Shown here piece after piece: positions 1 to 10,000 of a stretch of 64,000 nt of DNA. This DNA is from Nitrosopumilus sp. (GTDB lineage Archaea; Thermoproteota; Nitrososphaeria; Nitrososphaerales; Nitrosopumilaceae): contig CBDBLO010000002.1 in the NCBI GenBank assembly GCA_965207075.1, positions 448,001 to 512,000 of the forward strand, in the 5' to 3' direction. A model generated the notes under the pieces. It was not told the origin of the DNA and made no database searches. It saw only the letters and a program-made list of their open reading frames with translations. The position numbers and the translations under genes are program-made. Numbering within the stretch: position 1 is the first letter of the stretch; every line of letters starts with the position of its first letter.

Positions 1-85
1 GTCTCTTGCTCATGCCCCTGCTGCCGCCTCCTGCACCCTTAAGCATTCGGTTTTGATCGGTCTCACTTTAGCGGGGTCCAGCCCA

Positions 86-222
86 CGCGCGTGCCGCGAG
101 CGCGCTTCACATGCTTAGCGCGCGTGCCGCGAGCGCGCTTCACATGCTTAGCGCGCGTGCCGCGAGCGCGCTTCACATGCTTAGCGCGCGTGCCGCGAGC
201 GCGCTTCACATGCTTAGCGCGC
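86..222. repeat. 33-bp tandem repeat, ~4 copies (CGCGCGTGCCGCGAGCGCGCTTCACATGCTTAG)
   Basis: Four consecutive identical 33-bp units read directly; they generate 11-aa repeats in the overlapping ORFs. Confidence 0.95.
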
Positions 223-1140
223 TCTTTCCCCTTAAGTGGTTCCGGGACATTGAGGCCATGGAAAAAGACGTAATCGGGCGCAGGGTACATATGAGGAGAA
301 GTGGGGCGGGGATGCTGCACGGGTCCTGCTGATCCGGACGCCTACGGGAAGGCTATGGTGGATATGATAGCCAAGGAACTCAGTCCAAAAGCGGGGGGGG
401 GGGGGGAAATTCTGGCTCGGCATCAGGGAGCGGGCTGGAAAAGCTCCGGTTCTGATCGTAGTGGCCTCTGTTTTTCCTGAAAGCTGGTTTTGGGCTCGCT
501 GGATCCTAGGCTTTAAGTCATCTGGTATTACCTGTCTCGCTTTCGCACATGTCAGTCGACGGATCGTCAGTTACACCATTCGGGTTCGACCGAGGGAAGG
601 ACGACGGGGGGGGGGGGGGAAGAACGCTCCTTACTAGGAAAGAGCCAGAGCATGTTGATCTCCCAAGGCATATACTAGGGCAGTTCCTGTATTTTGAGAA
701 TGGGCCGGACGAGATCTTGGCAGGCGCCTATCAGTATTGCGTTCGGGTCAGGGATCGTATATGGGCCTCTTGTCAATTACAAATTTCAGTTTGGTGTTAG
801 AAAAACATGTCTTGCACAGATCCAACTCATAAGGGCCCCTGGAGCCTCCATCTAGTACCAGTTTCATGAACTTCTTGGCCTTGCACAAACATCGGTAGAT
901 CATTTCGTTTCTCCTCTAAGGAATTGTGCAGCAGTGAGATCGTTTGTTCCAAAATAACGTTTTTTATATCCGGTGATATGAGCCTTCAAATTTTTCTTTG
1001 ATACATATGTACAATCCATTTGCATAGTATTAATGTCGCTTGTTGTATTTATTGCTGTTTAATGGTGTTATCTTCTGCCTTGATAATTTACATTTATCAT
1101 ATGTTGTGTTATTTTAGAAGATCTCTTTTTCTCAAATACC

Positions 1141-1539
1141 ATGATAAATGTTGCTAATGCTCTAAGTGTACTAAGCGTATTTTTTGTGGGCGCGCAAAAC
1201 ACGGAAAGCATGGAAAGCGCGACCACGGAAAACACGGAAAGCATGGAAAGCGCGACCACGGAAAACACGGAAAGCATGGAAAGCGCGACCACGGAAAACA
1301 CGGAAAGCATGGAAAGCGCGACCACGGAAAACACGGAAAGCATGGAAAGCGCGACCACGGAAAACACGGAAAGCATGGAAAGCGCGACCACGGAAAACAC
1401 GGAAAACACGGAAAGCATGCCAAGCGCCATTAGTGAACAGGACGATGACGAGTGTACTCGGCAAGCGTCTTCAGGCGCCAGACTCGACACAAATGTCGAC
1501 TTCGCATTATACCAAAGGAACGAAAAACGAAAGGATTGA
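1141..1539 (+). CDS. Possible small secreted acidic repeat protein (TENTESMESAT repeats); coding status uncertain
   Basis: ATG start, hydrophobic N-terminus (LSVLSVFFVGA) and AT-rich upstream DNA; however, several frames through the repeat are open, so the ORF may be incidental. Confidence 0.3.
   Translation: MINVANALSVLSVFFVGAQNTESMESATTENTESMESATTENTESMESATTENTESMESATTENTESMESATTENTESMESATTENTENTESMPSAISEQDDDECTRQASSGARLDTNVDFALYQRNEKRKD
1196..1419. repeat. 33-bp tandem repeat, ~6.5 copies (AAAACACGGAAAGCATGGAAAGCGCGACCACGG)
   Basis: Identical units read directly; each is built from 9-mer sub-repeats GAAA(A/G)C(A/G)(C/T)G. Confidence 0.95.
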
Positions 1540-1676
1540 TGGGAAGTCAAGCTGAAGAACAGCGGCTCACCGAAGCCCACCGCCCCGGCAGTCACACCAC
1601 CCTGACAGTGGATCGGCAGCCCCACCGCCCGCGGGCCGTCAAGGTCCGACTGACCACTCCATGGTCGAGCACGGCC

Positions 1677-2885
1677 TCACTGTTTGCCAAACCTGCTTGA
1701 GACGTCCAGTATCTGCTGGATCTTCTCTATCTCGAGCTTCATGTCCTCCAGCTCCCTGTTCTTGATCTCGAGCTCGGTCTTTTCTCTCTCCAGCTGTCGC
1801 TTCTCAAGCCTCACGCGCTCCGTGTCTGACACAGTCAGGAAGGGTATGGCCTTTTCATACTCTGAGAACCTCTCAAAGTCCTCCTCGTTGTACCTCTCAT
1901 AGTGTTTCTCCATCCCCGTGGTGTGCCCCATCATGTCCTCCTTGTCCAGGTAGTTGACCTTGGCGCGCCTCATCATGGTGTTAAAGTACTTTCTAAACCC
2001 GTGGTCGAGCTTGACCTCGTACCGCCTCGTCCCCTCCTTCATCTGGTCGCGGAGGCCTATCTTTGTTACGATCTTGTTGACTCTGGCCTTGATCCCCTTC
2101 TGGTGGAACCGCCTCGGCACGTCAAACCTGGCCGACGCGAGGAGCGGGTCGTCGTCTTTCGGATGGCGCAGAAACCTCGAGCGCCACTCCTTTTTGTACA
2201 GCTCGAGGACCTTGCAGGCCTCCGGCGTGAGAAACGTCCAGTACTCTTCCGGATCCCCGCGGTACACCCTCAGGGCCGCACCTCTGTATTCCACGTCGCC
2301 GTCGGAGGCGGCAGATCCGGACGAAGCGGTGGGAAGCATGACAACGTCCTTCCAGCAAAAGTAGTCCCAGGCCTCCAGCCTGAACCCGCCCGAGGAGAAC
2401 ATCAAAATGATGAGTCTGTCAGTTATGTCCGTACAGTGTACCAGCATCCCCTGGATCTCCTCCCTGGTATATGCGCGGTCCTCGCTCTTTGTCTCCCGCG
2501 GGTACATCTTGTTTATCAGCCCCCACGAGACATCGACCTCGTTTGAGACGAGCAGCGCCTTTATCGGCTTTATCCTGTTCGGGACGGTATTGGCACTGAG
2601 TAGGCCCTGCTCCACCTCCTTGTTGGTCTCCCTCACGTACGACTTGATTATGGACTTGGCGGCGCCAATGTCGTTTCTGGCAAGGTGCACGAACGCGTCG
2701 GCAAGGTGCTCCACGCCGCGCGATTCCGGGGCCGCGCCCGAGCACTTTGTGAATATGCGGTCCGGGATCAGGCTCAGGAACTTTCTGAGGTTCCGCGTAT
2801 AGCCGCGCCTGGTCTCGCTGCCCCGGATCGACCCGAGAAAGTTCGCATAGGCGTCGTTCTCCATTACATCCAGTTCTATGTTCAC
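1677..2885 (-). CDS. Tyrosine recombinase / site-specific integrase
   Basis: Catalytic motifs GGFR, HGFR (HxxR), MGH and HY; begins ~45 bp beyond the 3' end of tRNA-Arg. Confidence 0.9.
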   Translation of the reverse strand: MNIELDVMENDAYANFLGSIRGSETRRGYTRNLRKFLSLIPDRIFTKCSGAAPESRGVEHLADAFVHLARNDIGAAKSIIKSYVRETNKEVEQGLLSANTVPNRIKPIKALLVSNEVDVSWGLINKMYPRETKSEDRAYTREEIQGMLVHCTDITDRLIILMFSSGGFRLEAWDYFCWKDVVMLPTASSGSAASDGDVEYRGAALRVYRGDPEEYWTFLTPEACKVLELYKKEWRSRFLRHPKDDDPLLASARFDVPRRFHQKGIKARVNKIVTKIGLRDQMKEGTRRYEVKLDHGFRKYFNTMMRRAKVNYLDKEDMMGHTTGMEKHYERYNEEDFERFSEYEKAIPFLTVSDTERVRLEKRQLEREKTELEIKNRELEDMKLEIEKIQQILDVSSRFGKQ

Positions 2886-2929
2886 GCTTCTATTAAGGGG
2901 TTGGGCCTATTTGAGTCACTAAAACGAGG

Positions 2930-3004
2930 CGGGCCCAAAGGGCTTCGATCCCTTGACCATTGGATTAGAAGTCCAACACTCTATCCATGCTGAGCTATGG
3001 GCCC
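2930..3004 (-). tRNA. tRNA-Arg(TCT)
   Basis: Reverse complement GGGCCCATAGCTCAGCATGGATAGAGTGTTGGACTTCTAATCCAATGGTCAAGGGATCGAAGCCCTTTGGGCCCG folds as a cloverleaf; anticodon arm TTGGA-CTTCTAA-TCCAA. Confidence 0.95.
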
Positions 3005-3168
3005 AAGAAGCTTGCAGCCCGGTGCGGTTTTAAGGGTTTTTTTGGCGATCCGCTGCACATTTCCAATCATTTCGTGCCGCGTGTAGCTGTCTACCATATA
3101 GCATCGACTGCATGGTACGTCTGTCCCGGAGCACGGTCTCGTTTCTGCTGTGTGGCATACGCGGCATG

Positions 3169-4143
3169 TCATATCTTCTGCCTCCAGGAGGCGCCTGCGT
3201 CGTCCCTGGCCATCTTGAATAGCCACTGCTGCGCGTACCCTGCGTACGGCCCAAAGTATTCTGCTATCTTGCCGTGTGCGGCCCTGTATCGTTTGTCGGT
3301 CAGATGTTCTAGTGGTGACGGGGGGGACGATGATGATGACGCTGACGATACTGCATGAGACCCCCGGCTCCCGAACACGCCCCTGTAGCGCGTGTCCAGG
3401 ACGCGCAGCATCCACCGGTCAAGCGGGAACGCGTCCAGCCTCTCAAGCGAGAACAGCATTATGCAGTCGGCCACCTTGTTCCCGACGCCCGGTATGGAGA
3501 GCACCGCGTCCATCATGTCGTCATAGTCTTTCATCTCCTTGATGCGCCCAAAGTCGATCTCGCCTGACTCGACCATCTCCGATGCTTCCTTGATGTACGC
3601 GGCGCGGTACCCGACGCCGCACTCTTGTATCTCCCGTATGGTTGCGCCCGCAAGCGCCGACGGCGCGGGAAAGAGGTGCATCGTACCCGCGCCGCCTCCC
3701 ACGTCCACGGGCCTGCCAAACGTCTCTGCCATGCGCGAGAGGTTGCCTGTTATGCGCCGTATGTTGGAGTTTGCAGACGTGATGAACGACACCATGCACT
3801 GGTACGGGTCCTGCCTGATGATCCTCAGGTCGCGGTACCTACGCGCGGCCTCCACCGTGGTATCATCCTGCGGCATCGACTCTGGTATGCGGCCTGGATT
3901 GTCCGAGTCCCTGAGCAAGTCTTTCTTGTATGCGGACCATTTGCCGCCCTTCTGGTATGTACTGGTCCTTCCCGTATCCCCGTCGACCCTGAGTATCTCC
4001 TGGCCCTGGACGCCGTACCACCACAACCCCCTTCCTTTCTTCTGGACGGTTCTCCACAGGAACACCTGCCCACTGTTCATGGTGTCGGCTATATTGACTG
4101 CCGCGCGGCCCGCCCCCTTGCCTGAGCCACCCGAACGCTGCAT
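3169..4143 (-). CDS. 8-oxoguanine DNA glycosylase / AP lyase (Ogg1-like, HhH-GPD)
   Basis: SGQVF, LRIIRQDP..C..SFI.S.N.NI.RI, GVGYRA, HhH motif GVGNKVADC and FPLDRW; start uncertain. Confidence 0.85.
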   Translation of the reverse strand: MQRSGGSGKGAGRAAVNIADTMNSGQVFLWRTVQKKGRGLWWYGVQGQEILRVDGDTGRTSTYQKGGKWSAYKKDLLRDSDNPGRIPESMPQDDTTVEAARRYRDLRIIRQDPYQCMVSFITSANSNIRRITGNLSRMAETFGRPVDVGGGAGTMHLFPAPSALAGATIREIQECGVGYRAAYIKEASEMVESGEIDFGRIKEMKDYDDMMDAVLSIPGVGNKVADCIMLFSLERLDAFPLDRWMLRVLDTRYRGVFGSRGSHAVSSASSSSSPPSPLEHLTDKRYRAAHGKIAEYFGPYAGYAQQWLFKMARDDAGASWRQKI

Positions 4144-4144
4144 C

Positions 4145-5440
4145 TCAGACCGGTATCGTGTCGTTTGCGGCGGGGACCTGCGCCTCCCACCCGAACTCAT
4201 CGTGGATCTCCTGCGCAAATGCAGTGCAGGACTCCCCGTCCCCGTGCACCGTAAGCACCTTGGGGTCGCCCTCTATACTCTTTAGCATGGCAAAGAGCTC
4301 GTTCCTGTCCGCGTGCCCGGAAAACTCGAACTTTCTGACCTCGGCCTCCACCTTGATCTCCTTGCCCCTCGCCTCCACCTTGCCGGTGTCCAGCAGCATC
4401 CTGCCCGGCGTGCCGTCGCCCTGGTACGACACGAGGGCTATCCCGTTCCTCTTCTCGAACGCCAGCTCCTGCAGGTAGAAGACTGCGTTGCCCCCGACCA
4501 GCATTCCGGCAGGCGATATCACGACGCACGGCTCCGCGTAGCTGCCGTCGGCGGCCTTTGCGTCCCTCAGGGCGCGCTTGCGGTGGGCGTGGTCCCTTAT
4601 GGCGACCGAGTCTTTTATGGCGCTCTTGAAGACGTCCGGGTCTCGGAGGTACTCGGGATGCCTGAATATGATATCGTTAACCTTTAGCGCCATGCCATCC
4701 ATGATTATCCTGTGCTTGAAGTTGGCGGCGCGCAGCACGCAGGCGATCTCCTGCGACCGCTCCACCGAGAACGACGGTATGAAGAGGACGCCCTTCCTGT
4801 CCATCACCTCGTTTGCAAACTCCACCAGGTCCCGCTCGGACTCGGCCCTGGGGGTCTGCACCGTCTGCGAGTACGTGCTCTCGGTGATCAGCATGTCGAT
4901 CTCCCCCACGTCGAGGTCCGCCTCGCGGAGCATCCGGGATCCGTTGGTCTTTATGTCGCCGGTGTAAAACAGCCTCTTTGAGCCGGACTCGACCAGCACG
5001 GTGCTCCCGCCTACCACGTGGCCCGATTCGCGCAGCTCAAACGTCGCGTCGCCCTTTGACACTTTTTCTTTGTACCCGATGCCCTTTGCGCTCTTCATCA
5101 TCCTGTTGAGCTCCGGCATGTCAAACTGGTGCGCGTTCTTCTCTATCTTGAGCATGTCTGCTATCAGCAGCTCGGACAGGTCGAGCGTGGGCGGCGTGGC
5201 ATAGACGTCCGTGCGGCCGCTGACAAACATGGAAGGAACGCACCCCGAATGGTCCAAGTGCGCGTGCGTTATTACGATGGCATCCAAGTCCTTGGGCCTG
5301 ACGTGCAGCGGGTACGTGGGCGGCGTACCCCTCCTGCCGAACATCACCCCGTAGTCTAGCAGTATGCTGGCGCCCTCGCAGTTTACAAGAAAGCCGGACC
5401 TTCCAACCTCGCCGGCCGCTCCCAGTACTCGCACATCCAA
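4145..5440 (-). CDS. Beta-CASP metallo-beta-lactamase ribonuclease (aCPSF2-like)
   Basis: LGAAGEVGRS, THAHLDH, SGHVVG, YTGD, ESTY and FSGHAD motifs. Confidence 0.9.
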   Translation of the reverse strand: MDVRVLGAAGEVGRSGFLVNCEGASILLDYGVMFGRRGTPPTYPLHVRPKDLDAIVITHAHLDHSGCVPSMFVSGRTDVYATPPTLDLSELLIADMLKIEKNAHQFDMPELNRMMKSAKGIGYKEKVSKGDATFELRESGHVVGGSTVLVESGSKRLFYTGDIKTNGSRMLREADLDVGEIDMLITESTYSQTVQTPRAESERDLVEFANEVMDRKGVLFIPSFSVERSQEIACVLRAANFKHRIIMDGMALKVNDIIFRHPEYLRDPDVFKSAIKDSVAIRDHAHRKRALRDAKAADGSYAEPCVVISPAGMLVGGNAVFYLQELAFEKRNGIALVSYQGDGTPGRMLLDTGKVEARGKEIKVEAEVRKFEFSGHADRNELFAMLKSIEGDPKVLTVHGDGESCTAFAQEIHDEFGWEAQVPAANDTIPV

Positions 5441-5616
5441 GAATTAACGTCCAAAAACGTCTACGTTAAAACCTTCTTTTTTGCCTCCATGCGGCGTGTG
5501 TGCAGATCGCAGTCCAGCCGGCGTCCCGTCCTGCGGCCTGCCCCGGTGCGGCCCTTTATTATGCACCCCGTGAAATCTTCAAAAGCTTTAATTACTATAA
5601 TCTATTCCTGCTGTTC

Positions 5617-5829
5617 ATGGGTAGAACCTATGAAGAGTGGCTTGCCCAGCAGGACGCCGATCTTGTAAAAAAGGTCCGTGCCGGCGACGAGGACAACAAG
5701 CCCCTTCTGAACCAAATTAACTGGATCTGGGTTAATAATCTGATGAATCAGAAGGCTGACCTGAATCCGAGTTCTGCTGAACTTCTTGACTGGGTCACAT
5801 CCGGTCAGATCGACGCAATGAGAAAGTAA
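5617..5829 (+). CDS. Small hypothetical protein (MGRTYEEWLAQQD...)
   Basis: ATG downstream of an AT-rich promoter-like tract, followed by a T-rich terminator-like tract. Confidence 0.75.
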   Translation: MGRTYEEWLAQQDADLVKKVRAGDEDNKPLLNQINWIWVNNLMNQKADLNPSSAELLDWVTSGQIDAMRK

Positions 5830-5958
5830 TAGCGTGGCTTTGGGCCCGTTTTCTCTTTTCTTTTGTTTTGTGTGCATCAAAGGGCTGGGATCCGTTTCAT
5901 AACAGGGTTATGATATCAGCTCACAGTTTAAATAGTAAATAGCCAAAGATGACTTGTA

Positions 5959-6261
5959 ATGCCTATAGCAATACTGCCGGACATTGACGAGCAGAGGTGT
6001 ATTGGCTGCGCGCTGTGCGTGGAGATCTGTACAACACTGGGACCCGATGTCCTCAGAGTAAAGCCAGTCGAAGGCTGGAAGAGAGGTAAGGCATTTGTCT
6101 TTTACCCGGAGAGATGCATCTCTGACGGCGCGTGCATTGGCGTGTGCCCGACAAAGTCCATCTTCTGGATGAGGCCGATGAACTATACCGCCGGTCAGCC
6201 GGTACCGCTCCACAAGAACGGTGTCTTCGTAAACGGCTGGGCCGAAGATGCGGCACTATAA
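5959..6261 (+). CDS. 4Fe-4S dicluster ferredoxin
   Basis: CIGCALCVEIC and CISDGACIGVCP motifs. Confidence 0.92.
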   Translation: MPIAILPDIDEQRCIGCALCVEICTTLGPDVLRVKPVEGWKRGKAFVFYPERCISDGACIGVCPTKSIFWMRPMNYTAGQPVPLHKNGVFVNGWAEDAAL

Positions 6262-6303
6262 CCGCTCTTTTTCTTTCTTCTTTATTTTACTTGGACGGTC
6301 GTA

Positions 6304-7920
6304 CTACGGCGCGGCGCCGTCTGCCCTCTTCAGACTGCGCTTTTTCACGCCCTTGAGCCTCTTTACAAAATGGCCCAGAAACGCGTCGCCTTTGTCGTAC
6401 CACACCTCTGCAAATCCGTTGTTCCCAAAGAACGCGTCCCACGTCTTGGCAAACTCCGTGCACGCGGCCGGGTCCACGCGTACGCGCGCCTGTTCGTGGT
6501 GCGCCGCCGGATAGACGTCGGATATCTCGATTGGTATTATCCCAAGTATGGGGCTGTACTGGCAGAACTGGACATCGTCGCTCCCACTGCTCCGCTTGTA
6601 CAGCTCCCTGTACTCGCGGGACATGTATCCAGGCTTTGTGTGGGACTCGGGGGTTATCGCGACGATGCTCTTTCTGGTCCGGAACTTGCGCACGATGTCG
6701 TGGTATGCGACAACCTCGGGCCTGTGCTGGTCCTCCGCCCCGTACAGGAAGGCGGCCTTTTGCTTGTACTGGGGCGTTCCGGCCCTGAACATGCCGCTGA
6801 TATCCAGCGGCGGCGCCGCCGATGTTGGTGACGGCGATGTTGACGACAATGGCAAAGAAGAAGAAGACGGCGTCATCAGGTGCGTGACGGCCTCGTACAG
6901 CCTGGGGTGCGCCCTTGACTTTTTCATGACATACTCCCACAGTCTGCCCTCGGTAATCGCCTGCTTTGTCCTGTCCACCTCGAGCTTTATCGCGTACAGG
7001 TTGTGCAACGCTATGTTGTCGACCCTCTGCTCCTGCGGCATGAGGCGCAGCTCGCCGGGCTCATACCTGGAGCATACGGCGCAGCAGCACGGAAAGTACT
7101 CGATCTCGTCCAGCATGCGCGTGCCGTCCTCGGTCATGTACCGGCCGTGCTTTGCGTACAGTATGTACGATGCCGAGTCGAACGTGTCGCATCCGAGCGC
7201 GACGGCAAGCGGTATCGTGAGCGGGTGGCCTGCCCCGAACAGGTGGAGCGGTATGCCGTGAGGCATGCTGCGCTTTGCAGTCGCGATCATCTCGGCCAGC
7301 AGCCTGTATTCGTACGACTCCATGAACTCCACGGGGCTGCCGAGCGCCAGCATCTCAAAGCCCATCCTCACCAGACTCTTGGTCGACCTTGCCACCAGGT
7401 CCCGGTGCTCCCCGCCCTGGATGGGGCCTATCCATGTCTGGCCGTTGTCGCCGTTTGCGCCCTCGGCGGCACGCAGGGCCTCCCTTGACACCCTGAGTGT
7501 GTCCCTGACGTACGACTCTGCGGCATCGCGCCCCATGCCGAACCCCGTCGGCTTGTCCAGTGGGATGGCAAAGTCGGTGCGTATGCCCCTCTCAAACTCG
7601 GCCATCTCCGGCGGGGTGACCCCGACCTTGCCGTATTCGAGCACCTGGTATCCGCCCGAGTCGGTCATTATGGCGCCGTCGTACTTGATGATGTCGTGTA
7701 TGCCGCGCCTGACGGCCTCGTCGTGGCCGTAGGTGTTCCTTGTGATGTATGCGTTTGTTATCACGATCTCAAAGCCCATCTCCTTGATGCGGGATGCCGG
7801 AATGGTCTGCTTTGCGGGGTGTATGACCGGCACGTACGCGGGGGTCTCCACGGCCCCGTGTCCCGTCTGCATCCTGCCTATGCGGGCGGCCAGATCCGTC
7901 TTTTGAATCTCAAACCGCAT
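6304..7920 (-). CDS. tgtA: Archaeosine tRNA-guanine(15) transglycosylase
   Basis: ETPAYVPV, TDSGGYQ, HLFGAGHP, DTFDSASY and Zn site CCCAVC...HNL. Confidence 0.92.
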   Translation of the reverse strand: MRFEIQKTDLAARIGRMQTGHGAVETPAYVPVIHPAKQTIPASRIKEMGFEIVITNAYITRNTYGHDEAVRRGIHDIIKYDGAIMTDSGGYQVLEYGKVGVTPPEMAEFERGIRTDFAIPLDKPTGFGMGRDAAESYVRDTLRVSREALRAAEGANGDNGQTWIGPIQGGEHRDLVARSTKSLVRMGFEMLALGSPVEFMESYEYRLLAEMIATAKRSMPHGIPLHLFGAGHPLTIPLAVALGCDTFDSASYILYAKHGRYMTEDGTRMLDEIEYFPCCCAVCSRYEPGELRLMPQEQRVDNIALHNLYAIKLEVDRTKQAITEGRLWEYVMKKSRAHPRLYEAVTHLMTPSSSSLPLSSTSPSPTSAAPPLDISGMFRAGTPQYKQKAAFLYGAEDQHRPEVVAYHDIVRKFRTRKSIVAITPESHTKPGYMSREYRELYKRSSGSDDVQFCQYSPILGIIPIEISDVYPAAHHEQARVRVDPAACTEFAKTWDAFFGNNGFAEVWYDKGDAFLGHFVKRLKGVKKRSLKRADGAAP

Positions 7921-7950
7921 GGAGTCGTCGCGCCATGATTGGCTAATTAA

Positions 7951-8691
7951 TCATACCGTGCCGCCGGGCCAGCCGGGCATGATGTCCTTGAGCATCTTCT
8001 CGTACGCGGTCTTGTCGGCAAGCCAGCCTATGCGCTCGCCGGGCTCCCGGGCGCCCCCCGCGTCCGGTGAATCTGGCGGCGTTGCCTGCGGCGCCCGGCT
8101 GTTGCCGCCCTTGTTCCCGCCGCCCCCGCGACATACTCGCTCCGCATCGGCCAGTATCACGCGCGCAGTCTCTTGCGCCTCCCTGCCGGTGGTGTCGTAC
8201 TGGCCCGTCGCCCCGTACCGCGCAGCGTACGTGTCAAACGATATGGTCCCGAGCATCTCGGCCCCCGCGTTCTCCTTTGCCTTGCGCTCCGAGTACCCCC
8301 TCTCCTCGTACACCCTGATCAGCTCGTACGGGTTTCTCCTCAGTACGGCTGCAAGTATCACGTCGTCAGCCGGTATCACATACGGCGCCAGGTGCCCCAC
8401 GACGATGTACCTGCCCGGGGCCGCGAGCGCGCCGCGCGCCGCGTCTGACAGTGTATTGGCATCCACGTCAGTCGTGTCCGACGCGGGGTCGTAACCCCCC
8501 GCGGCATCAAGCAGCCCTTCTGCGCGCGCCACCTCGTTTATGTCGACTATCTGCCAGCCCGAGTCCCCCGCCTGCGCCATCCGGGACTGGAGGGCCCCGG
8601 CCACGGTATGCTTGCCGACCCCGGGGGTGCCGGTTATCAGTATGATGCGCCGGTGGTCCCTTCCTTCCCCTGAGATGTCCCAGCCGTCCAT
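7951..8691 (-). CDS. Adenylate kinase 6 / Fap7-like P-loop kinase
   Basis: ITGTPGVGK, VVGH and RGYSERKAKEN motifs. Confidence 0.85.
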   Translation of the reverse strand: MDGWDISGEGRDHRRIILITGTPGVGKHTVAGALQSRMAQAGDSGWQIVDINEVARAEGLLDAAGGYDPASDTTDVDANTLSDAARGALAAPGRYIVVGHLAPYVIPADDVILAAVLRRNPYELIRVYEERGYSERKAKENAGAEMLGTISFDTYAARYGATGQYDTTGREAQETARVILADAERVCRGGGGNKGGNSRAPQATPPDSPDAGGAREPGERIGWLADKTAYEKMLKDIMPGWPGGTV

Positions 8692-8744
8692 TGGTGCACT
8701 TTGCGATGCGATACTAATATGAAGCAGGCGGCCGCCGTCGCCTT

Positions 8745-9959
8745 ATGCAGATTGGGCTGCTGGGCAAGGCAAACGTGGGCAAGTCAACATTCTTCTCGGC
8801 CGCGACGGAGGTTGCCGTACCGTCGGGAAACTTTCCATTCACTACGATCGAGCCCAACGTGGGGGTCGCGCATGTGGAGACTAAGTGCGCCTGCGCGCAC
8901 TTTGGGATCGAGCACCAGAACGACCTGTGCCGGGACGGTACCCGGCTGGTGCCCGTGCGGCTGATCGACGTGGCCGGGCTGGTGCCCGGGGCGCACGAGG
9001 GCAAGGGGCTTGGAAACAAGTTCCTTGACAATGCGCGGCAGGCCGAGATCCTGATACACGTGGTGGACGCGGCCGGGACCACCGACATACAGGGGCAGCC
9101 GGTCGCGGCCGGCACGCACGACCCGGCCGAGGACGTCAGGTTCGTGAGGGACGAGTTCGACCTGTGGTTTGCAGACATACTGATGCGCGACTGGGACAGG
9201 ATAATCCGCGAGGTGGATCAAAAGCGCACAAAGCTGGCAGACGGCATCGCCGAGCGGTTCTCGGGGCTGGGCATAACCGCGTCCGACGTGCACCGCGTCC
9301 TTGCGGGCATGAACCTTGAGGGGCGCGGGCCCGCCGAGTGGTCCGAGTCCGACACCGTATCCTTTGCGCGCCGCCTGCGCGCAGACGCAAAGCCGATGAT
9401 AATCGCGGCAAACAAGGCCGACCTGTGCGGCGGCGGCATCCAGGACGCGGCAGCGGCCCTTGCCGGCGCGTCGGACGGCGCGCGGGTGGTACCGTGCAGC
9501 GCCGAGACGGAGCTGCTGCTGCGAAAGGCGGCCAAGGCCGGGGTGATCACGTACGCTCCGGGCGCCGGCTCGTTTGAGGTCGCTCCGGGAGCCGCGGACA
9601 AGCTGGCGCCGCAGCAGAGAAAGGCGCTTGACATGGCGGCAGCCATCCTGTCCCGCATGTCTGACACGGGCGTGCAGAAACTGCTTGACATGGCCGTCTT
9701 TGAGATTCTGGGGTACATCGTGGTCTATCCGGTGGAGGACGAGACCCGACTTACGAACAAGGACGGGCAGGTGCTGCCCGACTCCCGGCTGGTGCCCCGC
9801 GGATCCACCGTCCGGGACTTGGCCGCCTCCGTCCACGCGGACCTGGCCGAGGGGCTCCTGCACGCCATAGACTGCAAGACCAAGCAGCGGATAAGCGGGG
9901 ACAAGCAGCTGAGCGACGGCGACGTGATAAAGATCGTGTCGACCATGAGCAGGGGATGA
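8745..9959 (+). CDS. ychF: YchF/OBG-family ATPase with TGS domain
   Basis: GKANVGKST, FPFTTIEPN, DVAGLVPGAHEGKGLGNKFL, NKAD and a C-terminal TGS domain. Confidence 0.92.
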   Translation: MQIGLLGKANVGKSTFFSAATEVAVPSGNFPFTTIEPNVGVAHVETKCACAHFGIEHQNDLCRDGTRLVPVRLIDVAGLVPGAHEGKGLGNKFLDNARQAEILIHVVDAAGTTDIQGQPVAAGTHDPAEDVRFVRDEFDLWFADILMRDWDRIIREVDQKRTKLADGIAERFSGLGITASDVHRVLAGMNLEGRGPAEWSESDTVSFARRLRADAKPMIIAANKADLCGGGIQDAAAALAGASDGARVVPCSAETELLLRKAAKAGVITYAPGAGSFEVAPGAADKLAPQQRKALDMAAAILSRMSDTGVQKLLDMAVFEILGYIVVYPVEDETRLTNKDGQVLPDSRLVPRGSTVRDLAASVHADLAEGLLHAIDCKTKQRISGDKQLSDGDVIKIVSTMSRG

Positions 9960-10000
9960 TGATCGTGACGGAGCAGGCTGCGTGACGCGTATGGTGGAGG

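Larger units (their letters stand above)
1..2929. mobile_element. Right end of an integrated element (island/plasmid/provirus remnant) at tRNA-Arg; the other boundary is outside the window
   Basis: Integrase abutting a tRNA 3' end; AT-rich, repeat-rich DNA lacking core genes. Confidence 0.65.

Noticed and set aside
86-1419. 33-bp arrays as CRISPR arrays
   Set aside because: Units are head-to-tail with no unique spacers, and there are no cas genes in the window.
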